A DNA stretch of 64,000 nucleotides, taken from the NCBI GenBank assembly GCA_028023455.1, contig JAQFVV010000011.1, positions 3,038,001-3,102,000 on the forward strand, given 5' to 3'. The DNA is from Epiperipatus broadwayi. Lineage: Eukaryota > Animalia > Onychophora. Below are positions 49,936-62,510 of the stretch, piece by piece. The notes below the pieces were generated by a model. It was not told the origin of the DNA. It made no database searches and saw only the letters and a list, made by a program, of their open reading frames with translations. A program made the translations under genes and the position numbers. Positions within the stretch are counted from its first letter, which is position 1. The number at the start of each line of letters is the position of its first letter.

Positions 49936-52900
49936 GCATTTACATTCAATTAACAGATGCCTAATATTTTCTATGCCTTCCTTACATGATGACTACTCTA
50001 CAGCAACCCCACCCAATGGCCATTATTGATATTACATTACAACAAATATAATTAGTAAAATACGTATTTGCACATAAAAATGAATATTTATCCTTGAAAA
50101 TTACATCTTCAAGTGTTGGATTATAAGCTTTTACAATTAAAATTTTAGCAACATAAGATCTCTCAGAAAAAATGCAACAAATTAACATAATTTTCAACTT
50201 TTAAGGAAAAATTAAAAAATTAAAACAATTCTCTATGTAGCTACAAATGCAAATCTACATGTTCAGTGGTTTTGCTAAGCATAGGCTCTGAGGAAGACTG
50301 TTAAATAATCAAAATGATCACATTTGAAAAGTAAATATTATTGTTGTTATATTTAAAAATTATTTTACATCATCTTGATATAACTGGTAATAAATATGCA
50401 TTTGTTACAATCAAACTAGTAACTATTGCTTTCAAACCCAATGTTTCTGATAATAGAATATAAATGATATGCAAATGATTGACCTATATCAAGTTAACAA
50501 AAGATATATTTTGTCATTATTCTGTGTAACCTTTAAATATCATAGTTATACTAAGCACTGCATAAGTCTGTCAGGGATTTGCAAACATCAACCAGAATTC
50601 ACAATTCATTCAGTACTACAGATATGTCTATCTAGTTTCTAATTATTTTTTAAATGAGAAGGCAAAAGAATATTAATCTATCACTTATTTCATTTAGAAA
50701 AATTTACTCTTTAACAATTTGGATTACGTTCTTAGTATAAGACACTAATTAGTAAAGTAATTAAGATATTATATTAGAGAACAACATTATAAAATTTTAA
50801 CTTATCAGAAATACTATGTATATAGATATATACAATTTATTTAGTTTTATCCTAATCATATTACTAGTAAGTCGACTTACCAATAATTCACATCATTTTA
50901 AGCATAAAATTTCTATTAAATTGTTCACTAGACAGGTGCCAGATGAAGAGTGGCTTGCATTTTAAAGTTAAAATATTAAAGCTGTCTGGCTCCTACCAAG
51001 TGAAATTATAAAAATAAATGCTTTTGCTGTATACTTTTTTAAATTTCAAAATAGAAATCATATAAATTGCATACATGTATTCACACACGTACATATACAG
51101 CATACATACATTAATGGTATCATTTCATTGTTAAACATTAGCTTTTAACTTATCACATAGAATAGAAGGCTACAAAAAATATTCATCAGTTTATTTTTCT
51201 CATTAACAGTCTCAGTAATTTTTACGATTTTGAACTCCATCTATACAGCATTTCTTCAGATCGGCTTGATAACACTGTTCTTATGATATAACCTTTATTA
51301 GAGATCATGAACCTTTTTATGCTTGTGTGCCAAAAAAAAAACCCCATAATAATTGGAATTGTACCAATGAGTATTATTAATTTAGTAATATTAGCATATA
51401 GTAATTAAACAATAATGCACTGGGATTTCATGACTATAAAACATGTTTAGTATATATATATATTAAAATATAATTATATATATATTAATAAAAATGCTTC
51501 TTATACGGAGTAAAAATTTTAAAAAAGGGGATATAGAGTATCTCTTTAAAAGGTAAATGTTTGAATGAGAATGTATTGGATTATTATGTGAATTATAAAA
51601 TACAATATAATTTAAATTTTATTTTTGTCTGAAACTTTGGGATAATGACATTTTGCTTGTAATGATATGTTAGAACATGGGAATTAAACTAGGGCTCTTT
51701 AGAATCATGATTGTTGAATTTAAGATGATGCCTCAGCTAACAAGGTTATTCTTGTGCATGGTCCAACCTGCGTTTAATTGAACATTATTGAATTTACAAT
51801 TCATCATTGAGTTTGCACTACTTTTTGGAGGTCAAAAAGCATGACTTTATATGCTTTCATGATCTGGACATATGGGCAACATTGCAGGATTTTTTTTGAT
51901 TTTGTTATACAGATACACATGGTACCTAGTATTACTGTGTCCTCATTCTTCATAATAAATGCACAATTAGCCTTTATCTTGGTATTTAATCATATACATA
52001 ATTTTCCAGCACTTTTTATATCAATTTAATTATTTGTAAATCAATTCAAATTGCCTAGAAAGTTTGAATTTTTACTCCATGCAATATACATTTATATTGA
52101 TGCACAAAATTATTACAGTATAATTATAATTTAATTTATGGTAAAATTTAAATAAAAACTTTAATATGATTTTCACTATATATACTAATATATTTCACAT
52201 TTTGTTCTTTAGTGTATATTTCACCTTAGCTCAATCATTTTACAACCACCCCATCATCACAGAAGTAAGAGCAATTGCTCTCACTCTGGATCTATTTTTG
52301 AAACACCCAGTTCACTTTTTTCAAGAGAGTAAAATATCATAGCTCATATTTTAATTATATATACACATATTCCTGAAATATATGACCAAATTCATGAATT
52401 TTAAGTGCATTTTATGCTGACCCAGTATTTATCAGTTGGATCACAATCTCTTCCATATATTTTCATCATTTGTTTGGTATTATATAAGTAGAAATTTACT
52501 ATAGTTTGATTATAGCTGTAAAATTTTCTGCACTCACAACTTTGATACAGACCAATTTCTAGAAATATATTAATGATTTTTAATGATCATTTATTAAACT
52601 AGAGATTATCCCTAGTTCAGGTATACTATTTAATTCTTATTTTATTTAATTAACAGTAAGTGCATATTGTTACAGAGATATAAACACTTGACTTTCCTTT
52701 CCCATATTGACACTTTCAGTAAATTTCACTATATCAGTTTCACAACACATGTATATATATTTATATTAGAAACATGTAAAATTGATAATTATTTTTAAAA
52801 AGGTAATAACTGTTTCACCAAATAAGAGAAATGACACTGCACATGGTAGAAATAATTAAAACAATCTCATTAGTAGACAGTATGTCTGTGCAGAATTCAG

Positions 52901-54074
52901 GGAATTCCATATATTCATTATAGCAATGTTTGCAATGACCAGAACTATTTACATATAAATGCTTTTATGATAAGTAAGGCTTTCTTAATTTCAATTTGTA
53001 TTCAAAATTTAAAATTATTACATTCAAATATTATTTTTTATTGGATGATTTCACATAACAAATCTTTTAAATGTCAACCAAATTATTGCATCAGGTTCAC
53101 TATCCTTAATATGAGCACCCATAACAATATTTGGTAGTTTTCAGTTATGCATACTATGGCCACTAGGTGAGCTTCAGAATCACCAAGAAGCCTGCAAGTG
53201 ATAAATTTATATACAAAAATGGCTAAAATTGATGGAAAATTAAAATTAAAACATCTAAGGCAAGACATCAAAAGTAAGTGAAAAATCAAGTGCAATAATA
53301 CATAAATTTTAAAAAAGTACACACACACATGCTAGAATCACTAAAATTCAGTATTACTAAATAGATTTCATTACATTAAGTTAGTTTTACTTTTTTAAAA
53401 TCCCACACTTGCCTTTAAACTTTATGATTAGGTTTGAGTTTAATAAATTGTTTTTAGAATTTGTTTACTCATGAAACTTCATTTAGTTTTTATGATCTAA
53501 TTTGTGGATAATCATTAATTTTATTATTTTTATACTAATCTGGAGACAATTTTATTTAGTGCAAATCATTATGTGAATTACTGTTTATATACTTTAAAAG
53601 GAATAAATACATACCCTACATAAAATTTACAAATTCTGTTAAATATTCTGTATGCAATGAATAAATATGATTATTAATATTTATAATCATAAAATGAAAA
53701 TAAATATCCATTTTTTTTTTCTTTTTTGCATCTAAATAAATAAATAAAAGCTGAAAATGATTATATAAAAACAAATATATTATTTAATAGAAAAAAAGCT
53801 TTTTTGATAACATTCACTGCTCTCTTCAGTGTAAGAAATATATTATTGCATATGTACTATAATATTAAGGAGAGCAATGAAACATTAATGAAAATGTTTT
53901 TCATGTTAAATTATACAATATTTATTATTATGCAGTGGAGTCATGAAATATACTATATATTGTTCCAAACTCTCCTCACATACATCATACATAGTTGTAT
54001 GATAGTTCCTGTTTGGTTAAAAAACATTGATTAGAATAGAATATGTATTGTTTATTGAACTGCAAATATTTAGC

Positions 54075-54600
54075 ACTTTTCAATCTGAACATAAAGAAAT
54101 ATATATGTATAACCTCTCCTCCCTGCCAACAAATCATTTTCTGGTGTGGAAAAGAGGGTTTAGCAAGATCAACCCTCAATGCCAACTATGTGCCACAGCA
54201 GATGAGACACTTCATCATCTTTTTATTTCTGCCCTTTTCTCAATCTGATCAGCTCCTTTATTAATGAAAGCATGTCACTCAATATTAGAGAAATTTTAGT
54301 CATTCAAAAGGCTATAAAGAGTGGCATATTCTCAAAAATTAGAATCACCCTTTTTCTAACCTTTGCAATTTGGCTATCCAGATGCAAGTGTATATTTAAA
54401 AATGCTTATCACAGTGTCTGCAACATCTATATCAAATTACTCAAGCAGCTCAGGAACAGAGATAGATTGCTGGCTCCGGACTGGCTTTTTCATGAAACCT
54501 GGGCTAGGGTCACCCTCCTGGAGGAGTGAAGGAGGGCAAGGCCCCCAGTCTCAGACCACTGCAAGCTCTACAGAGTGACTGCCTTGCAACAGTATAAAAA
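54075..54600 (+). mobile_element. L1/Tx1-like LINE 3' fragment (zf-RVT)
   Basis: LPTNHFLVWKRGFSKINPQCQLCATADETLHHLF and FLTFAIWLSRC..RDRLLAPDWLFHETW. Confidence 0.82.
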
Positions 54601-54729
54601 GAATATAGCTATGTTCAGATAAACATGTTCAATTGTATCTAATAAATTTTAATTTATTTTTAACAAAACACATATGTTTAATAAAGGATAGAAATGAGGA
54701 AACAATATCCATGCAAACAAAAATGATCA

Positions 54730-54949
54730 TTAACCTTTGGAATTTATTACCAAGGAATTATCAATTGCTACTAATTGACAATCACTGAGGTTAAATCAGT
54801 TTTCTCATTAATCTAGAATAGGTCTTTTGTTGAAATTTTTTTTAGTTGTTGAAGTAAAAGAGCTATTATAGTTTAATGAGTAAACTGGTTTAGCCTCAAG
54901 GATTGTCAATTAGTGTTAATGATAATTTCTTGTTAACATCAAAGGTTAA
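54730..54949. mobile_element. piggyBac-type MITE (212 bp between TTAA sites)
   Basis: TTAA-CCTTTG...CAAAGG-TTAA with ~85-bp imperfect TIRs. Confidence 0.8.
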
Positions 54950-55239
54950 AGGTTATCTCTATTTACATGAATATTATCTCCTCATTTCTATTCTTTATTA
55001 GAATAATTTAATTCAACACGTTTTTTATATACATAGTATATAAATTAAAATTTTAATATAAAGAAAATTTAAAAAACATATATAATAATGGTAAATTGAG
55101 GCACATACCCATTTATTTTTTATTCACTGAAAAAATAAGAATAAGAAGAAACAAATTACTGTACTGTAATTCTATTTTTTAATAAAGTAATAACTGAAAC
55201 ACACAGCTTATTATATACCTATGTCTATATATGTAATAT

Positions 55240-55705
55240 ATAGGGTATATGAGCATAGACTTTCACATAACCCACTACTCTCCACACTATCTCATAACAC
55301 TGATACACTTGAACACATACGTTGAAAAGATAAATAATCACGAATATACGTATTTCATGCAAAAACAGCAATCATCAGTTAGTCCAGATTACCATCTCTA
55401 CACATATATGCTATAAGTGCTCAGATATATATTAAGATAGCCAATCCAAATACATTAATGGACAGGCTTCAATCTACTCCACACTCCAACTCTTCAACCA
55501 TCCATCCAATTGAAAATCTTAATATATATCTTAATATATATCTGAGCACTTATAGCATATATGTGTAGAGATGGTAATCTGGACCAACTGATGATTGCTG
55601 GTTTAGTATGAAATACATATATTGGTCATTATTTATATTTTCAACATATATGTGTTCAAGTGTATCAGAGTTATGAGATAGTGTGGAGAGTGGCGGGTTG
55701 TGTGT
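55240..55705. mobile_element. Family B divergent inverted pair (two hammerheads)
   Basis: Minus copy 55240-55519 (core 55378-55372) and plus copy 55516-55705 (core 55588-55594). ATCT microhomology at the junction. Confidence 0.9.
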
Positions 55706-57329
55706 AATAAAGTAAATAGTGAAACACCTGATTGTCATTCTGATTAAATATGCCCTGGATTATTATTTTTTTCAATATTTTTTTCTTATAGAAATATATT
55801 ATGAAAAAACTATGATCTTTTAATATTTTTAAATCAGTATTTATTTTAAGCATGTTCTAAAACTTTGTAAAACTTGTTAGAAAATAATTTATTACACAAA
55901 ATACTACACACCAAATTTAGAAAAGGTAATAAGAGAAGAATAAAATATATGTTATTCCAACATAAACTGAAATTTTTTTTATTAATGACTATAGTCATGG
56001 ATAGAGCTATGAGAAAAAAAAAATGGCTGCTAGTATAATTGAAAATTTATTAGCAATTTTTTTTGAAAAATATAATCATGTACAACACTCAGAAATAAAA
56101 AAATGGCTGTTTGCATATTATAACATATATTAAATTTATAAATTTTAATGTTTTTTTTTTGTTTGTTTATTTACATTTTTTTAATAGTATATAATTATGG
56201 CTTCACTGTATAATCTTTCTCATTTTCAATATTTATTAATGCTCATTAAAGTATTCACTTTACAACTGCCATATTTCTGTCAAATGTGAGTCTACCCATA
56301 AATATATAACTGACTATCAATTTTTCATTATAAAGCTTGAAATTATTGTATTTATTTTAATTTTAAAGATAGACTTTTTTTTTTTTTTTAAAGATCAAAT
56401 AAGATCTTTTATTGTTTATATATACATAATCCTTTTCTTTTAACTATTCTAATGTCTTCACTCATGCACAAACATGATCTTACATATTTTTAAAAAGTTC
56501 AACTGTTAAAAAAAATAATTAAATGAATTATTATTTAAGAGTTCATAAAACGTTTGAATGAGAGAAATGATAGAGCTAAAATCATGGTGCATAAACATGA
56601 GCCCTAAAGTTTACCACTCTATTTTTTTTTGAACCATGCAGGATTCTTCAAATGTATCATTAACTTAAACATTGGCAAAATATGTAAATGATTTCTGATA
56701 TGTATTAAATTTGACATTTTCTAACTTAATAAATAATGACATAATCATTTAAATATTTTTGTTAAAAGGCATAGAAGTTTTAACATTCTTGCTTGAAATA
56801 ATGTGAAGTGAATTTACATAGTATATATTAGATAATTATGTTTTGATACTCTGCCATTCTAAACATTAATGTAAAAAATACCAAGACAGTTTAAATATAA
56901 AATTTAGAAAGATTTATTGTATCAAGTATACTTTTAACCATTTCGTGTCATATTCATGATTAGTCTGTTGAGAACATTAATGTGTAAAAAAATCTAAGAT
57001 TAAGCCCCAAGCTCTTAGTGATCTGTCTTTCATAATCATGACAGAGAGCACGGTAATTGTGATCCAACTATTGTCAAAATTATGTGTACAGAAAGAAATG
57101 ATCACAATTGTAAAATAAAAGAACATGGTTCATTAGACAAAATAAATATGCAATGAACCAAAAATCAAGTAACATTCAAATTAGCAAAAAAATATATTTT
57201 CAGCAGACTAACTATGAATATAATGCAAAAACATTGAAAATATACTTGGCACAAAAACCTTTTCTAAATTTTATATTTAAACTCTGTTTAGGTTTTTGAT
57301 AAATACATACGTTAAAAATATAGTTAGTA

Positions 57330-57445
57330 GTCTTGCGTTGTTAGCCGAGAGGTATCGCAGCCGCCATGCAAGCAAGTAGTTGGTTGCAGACGGTTGTGGG
57401 TTCGCGTCCCGGCCGATGCTATGACATATGGAAAAAAAAATATAT
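57330..57445 (+). mobile_element. tRNA-Gly-derived short SINE (long-insert subfamily, CpG-rich, young)
   Basis: GCGTTGTTAGCCGAGAGG...GGTTCGCGTCCCGGCCGATGCT-ATGACATATGG-A9. TSD ATATAGTTAGTA at 57318-57329 and 57446-57457. Confidence 0.9.
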
Positions 57446-60114
57446 ATATAGTTAGTACAATAAATCTTTCTACGTATTTTTTACATTAATATATATTAGA
57501 TAAATGTATAAGAAAGAGTGTGGATAATTTGAAACTTATGAAATGATTAGGGTTAACAAAAGGAATTGCTTTAGTCAATTTGTATATTACAAGTTATATA
57601 AAGGAAGAACGATAGTTGAAATGAATTTTAAAAAAATCATTAATACACAACAAAAACGAGAAAATATATAAATATCCACTAATAACAATAAAGAGAATGT
57701 TAATTTTAACAGAAAACAGTTTTTTTGCTTCCCCATTCAAAACAAAAAAAAAAAAACAACATTACGAAATGAATTACGAGGAAATATTTTTCAAGTAGGA
57801 GAGTAAAAGAGATGTGTATCTGGCATCGGTACTGAACACAACGTCAAAATAAAATTCAATATTTCTTTTGAACTCTTAGATAATATTTAATGTAAGATTA
57901 TTTTTTTCTAATCTTTTATTTTTTATTCTTCTGAAAATGAAGATTACCAAAAATATTTTTTTTGAGTTACTTTCAGAGAAGTGAGAAATGGAAAACTTTT
58001 TTTTTATCTAGGAGATTTAAAAATGATTTTTTTTAAATAAAAAAAAAAAAGAATTTTTTAAACTTGTTAAACATAAAATATATATATATAAAATTACTTT
58101 ATTTTACTTTTTTCAAAATTTTAAAAAGAAAGGAAAAAAAATTATTAATATTAATAAAATTTAGGTATGCTTACGACACCCCAAAATTCTAATTCATGCG
58201 TACTCACAAGGAATTTTATTTCAAACGTATATTAATATATATTTGATTTGAATTTTAAGCGTTTGCAAAAAATATTTAAAAAGATGAAATCAAATCATTG
58301 AAACTGATAAGTTTTCGGTGATCAATTTTTATTGTTCAAATTTTTTTACAAAATAAAATAAAAAGACACCATTTATTTATCATTATAACAATATACGGTT
58401 TATACTCTGTCTAAAACCAGATACCGGAACTAAGCAACTGAATATAGTGATCCAGAAATAATCTTTGATTCTCATTAGGGATAGTTTGTCATTAGTGTCT
58501 TCCTCTTAACATAATTTATTCTAGAATTTCAATTTTAGAATTACATAATAAACTTTAATGAGATCTTATATCAATAAAAAATATGCACTGTATTTGGAAA
58601 ACCTAAAATAAAACATGTATAATCATGTGTATACAGAATGTGTACTTTAATATATATATTAGTAATAGTTTTAATGTGTTAGCTTCACATTATCAACATT
58701 AAAATAATTGACCACTTAATAACATCTAAAATACACATTGTTTATTTACTTGAATGTTATTGGCTGATTCATTGTGTGTTCATTTTATGCAATAAATCAA
58801 GATTCTTTGATGTTTTTCTCTTATCATTTTTTCTTTGCAAGCCATTTTAATTATATGTGAATGGAATATACGGCCATTTTCTTTTCGCAATTGTAAAATA
58901 CTGACACAATCGTAAAGTTATTTTTTGGTATTTTATCCATAATTTTTATAAGTGTGCTAGAATATAAGTTAAACAGGCAGAAAATAGATTTTTTATAAAC
59001 AGAAATGGTCATTGGTGATGAACCCTATGAACTTATGACTCATTCAAGTCTTTCAATGATCTTATTTAATCACTGCTAAAAGTGTTGGCAATTATAAGAT
59101 AGTAAAAGATATGTTACCTGTGAAGAACTGCTTTTTTGCTGATAACTATTCAAATCCAGAATTCTATAATCATGATGACAAGTAATAAAGGTTCCGAAGC
59201 AACCATTTTTTTTTTAGAATATATATACCTATATGCACACAGAAACATGTTTTTAATTATGTATAATCCTCCTCAACTATGAAAACTTTAAAAATATAAG
59301 CAAATTTCTTATACTTACATTTTTAAAAAATTTGATCGATATCTTGATACTAATTACTTAATTATGTACTTCACTAGATATTCTTTAATTCTACGGGTAT
59401 GTATTAAATGAATCTTCTAATGTTACATATTTTGGATAAAAAAAATAGGATTTGTAAAACCTCCATAGATAAATATTTGATCATTTCACTGGATCAAAAA
59501 AAAAAAAAGGCAAATATCTCATTGGTATGATGACCAGACATTTATTTTATATTTTTCAATTCTACTTTTTGACCAGAGTATTTAATGAAAGAAGATATTG
59601 TTTATTGTCTGGTTTAGCTTTATGCACTTAATCAATTTAAATATATCTTAGTACCAAAACCTAGGTATTGTAATTATTTAAATAAATATTTAAGTCACAG
59701 AACACAGAAGAATTTAGTATGATTCTCAAACTAGGTATATTTAAGAGTTTAATTTTTTTAAATCCTGTAAATCTGTAATCAGAATTTTATTTCCAGACAT
59801 CCAGAAGAAGTAAAAATTTCCAACAAAAACTCCATAATTTTTCAAATTGTTATAAAACACTTTTCTTCTTCAGGTTTTTAAATAACAGTCTGACAGTCTT
59901 TTATTGTATGGATTTTAATATTGAGAAAACAAATTAAATATTTTTCAACTTTAAGAGTTATTGTAATATGTAATCACTTATTATGTCAAGATTATTTCTG
60001 CATTATCTAAATAAAAAAATCTATACTATCTCTAAAGTTTTACATAAAGGCTATCAATAACTGTCTATTTAATTATAATCTATGTAATCCAACTAAATCA
60101 CTAAATAATCAGAG

Positions 60115-60430
60115 ACAAAACTCTCTATAGGTATTGCCACTCAGTGCAAGCCAGAGTAATCAATAGATGCCAGAAGGCTTGTGTATAAAATCTCCATCTA
60201 GTGCCTACTCATCCAATATCGCCAGACTAGTTTCTGGCTTGTGGCTTTCATCAGTGAAAAGCCTTGGATATGAGAGCACTGCACCTAGATCTTAGGATCT
60301 AATGCAACTTTCCAGCAGCCACCTTTTATTTTTACTTAACTATGCTGAGTCGCAATACATACAGAGAGTTTTGCCTATTTTAATAACAGTTATAAGCAAG
60401 CATAAGAAATGGTGATCATGTAATGTTTAT
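60115..60430 (-). mobile_element. Family A element with intact hammerhead core and inverted 3' tail
   Basis: uuuuca-CUGAUGA(60254-60248)-aagc-cacaa-gcca-GAAAC-UA-GUC(60225)-uggcga-ua-uuggau. Sense tail at 60361-60430. Confidence 0.9.
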
Positions 60431-60999
60431 TGGCTTAAATAATCAGAGGCTGAAAAAAAAACTTGAAACTAAAAATTCCTATCATTTCACAAGCAGTCAC
60501 CATTACAAATTATTATCTCATTTGAAAACTAATTACTGTTAACTATGTTTATTTCATTATAATCTATCTATTTGATTTATATGCATATACAAACTAATAA
60601 TATAACATTGATCTGTAAATGAATATCTTGATATCCTTATATAGAGGTAAAATATAATTGAAAAAATACTCAAAACTTAATACCCTACAATTGGCAAGTT
60701 TTGTAAGTACTGCCATTTGCTCCATTCTTCCTCTATATGATCTTTGTAGAAGCTTTTGCCCTGAATTGTATATTTATTGCACAAGCTGTTTTATATTTTT
60801 ATCTTAGAATAATTATACTATCAATAAAGTAATCTTATAACCAATTATTAGCATAATATGATTCTAAAGACTAGAATCAAATTAATGTTATATTACATGA
60901 TGTCATAATGCTACTAAATCCAGTTATTTTATCTATTTCATAGATAACATTATGTAAATGTTATTAATTATTGATTATAACAAAATAATCTATAGCAAT

Positions 61000-61077
61000 C
61001 TCTTCATACAGTAAGTGCCACCTAGTGCAAGCCATAATAATCAATTGATGCACTAGGTGGCCCTACTGTATGGAGTT
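61000..61077. repeat. Short fold-back of the family A 3' end
   Basis: Arms catacagtaagtgccacctagtgca / tgcactaggtggccctactgtatg. Confidence 0.75.
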
Positions 61078-61582
61078 GCTACTGTCTTGACAGCTTGTGT
61101 AATCATAGGAAATGATTATCATGTGATGAACATGATAATCACTAATTTCCTGATAATAAATCATTAGTTAAGCTAATAATACAGTTAAATAAAGAGAGAT
61201 TTTATTAATTTGCACTTGTTGCACATAATAGTTTGACAGTTTTTATTAATGCAGGGTTATAACATTAATTTGTTTTTGCTTTTTATATATATATATTACT
61301 GTCAAACACAACATAATCCCAAAATAATAAATTACAATTTTAAAACTGCAATAAATTTCATGTAAATGTAATTGACATCTTGACTTAAAAAAAAAAAAAA
61401 AACACTTTGTAATTTACCCATAGAAAAAAATACTATTAATATGAGCAAATAAACATTTTATATTAAAAAGCAAACAAATCAAATTAAAAAAGAAGTTTTT
61501 TCAATATATAAAGAGACAAAAATAATATAAAGATGGCAAAATTTATATAGATTATGGTGTAATTATTTTTTTTTTCAGATAG

Positions 61583-61849
61583 TCAATATGTAAACAATCG
61601 AGCTAACCAATTGCTTTTGGTTAGGAAATGGGTATTCAGATATTCTAAGTTAACAAAACTACAAAGCAAAACTCCATTTTCATCTCTCAGAAGTTGGCAA
61701 TCCTTATAAGTACTGCTTTTTTTCTCCATTTCTTTATAAAAGTCTATTGGAAAGACTTCTTGTTGGTTATTTAAAGGTTGTTTTATTCCTATAAAACTCA
61801 ATTGATTCAATATTTCAGCTTTACAAAATTTTAATGAAAGGTCAGTTGC
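61583..61849 (-). CDS. Candidate terminal exon (88 aa) of an unidentified gene
   Basis: AG acceptor at 61851-61850, then the open frame ATDLSLKFCKAEILNQLSF...PIDFYKEMEKK...THFLTKSNWLARLFTY*. Protein-like composition but no recognised homology. Confidence 0.3.
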   Translation of the reverse strand, partial: ATDLSLKFCKAEILNQLSFIGIKQPLNNQQEVFPIDFYKEMEKKSSTYKDCQLLRDENGVLLCSFVNLEYLNTHFLTKSNWLARLFTY

Positions 61850-62510
61850 CTTTTAAAATAATTTTGTTATTGTTATAATATGGTTCTCTTAATTATTAGG
61901 CCATTACAGCCTTAAAATTAAAAGCAAATGCATATAGAATATATTTTGAGTGTGGAATTGCAAAAAAAAAATCTATTCAATGAAAGTTGCATTTTAACTT
62001 TTCATTGAGTCTTTAGGAATATGAGCAAGAAAAATTTCTGTCTACTTATTTGCAGCTGCAATGTGAATTTTATATAATAAATAAACACAGATAGATTTGA
62101 GTTTAAGATGAAGAAAGACAATGCTTTTTCTCAGATGCCTGATTGTTACTAGTTTATTGGCCAGGTTTTGCTGAAAGCAGGATTAATGTTTGAATGTGTT
62201 TAGGAATCCTTATTCTTTTGTGTATTTACAATCATGACGACAATAATAAATTATGATACTCATATCTGGGAGACTGTAAATTGTTTGCCATAATAATGGT
62301 TGGTTACAGAGAGTAAGAAATACTAAACATTACAAGGTTGTGGACTAAGTCAAATTCAATGATGATCTTCAATTTAATTACCTATAGCTGAGGATCACGT
62401 TCAAGTGATTGCATCATTGGTAAAAAAACTGTCCAATAATAATAAGATGTTCTACAGCATTATGAAATTAAAAGGATGAAAGAACAATTGATTTTTAAAA
62501 TGGACATATA

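Noticed and set aside
51725-51776. NKVILVHGP, reminiscent of an AAA+ (TRIP13-like) pre-Walker segment
   Set aside because: A stop follows within four codons, with no GKT and no consensus donor.
59005-59079. MVIGDEPYEL, reminiscent of Cdc42 MIGGEPYTL
   Set aside because: The rest of the frame has no GTPase motifs and ends in a stop.
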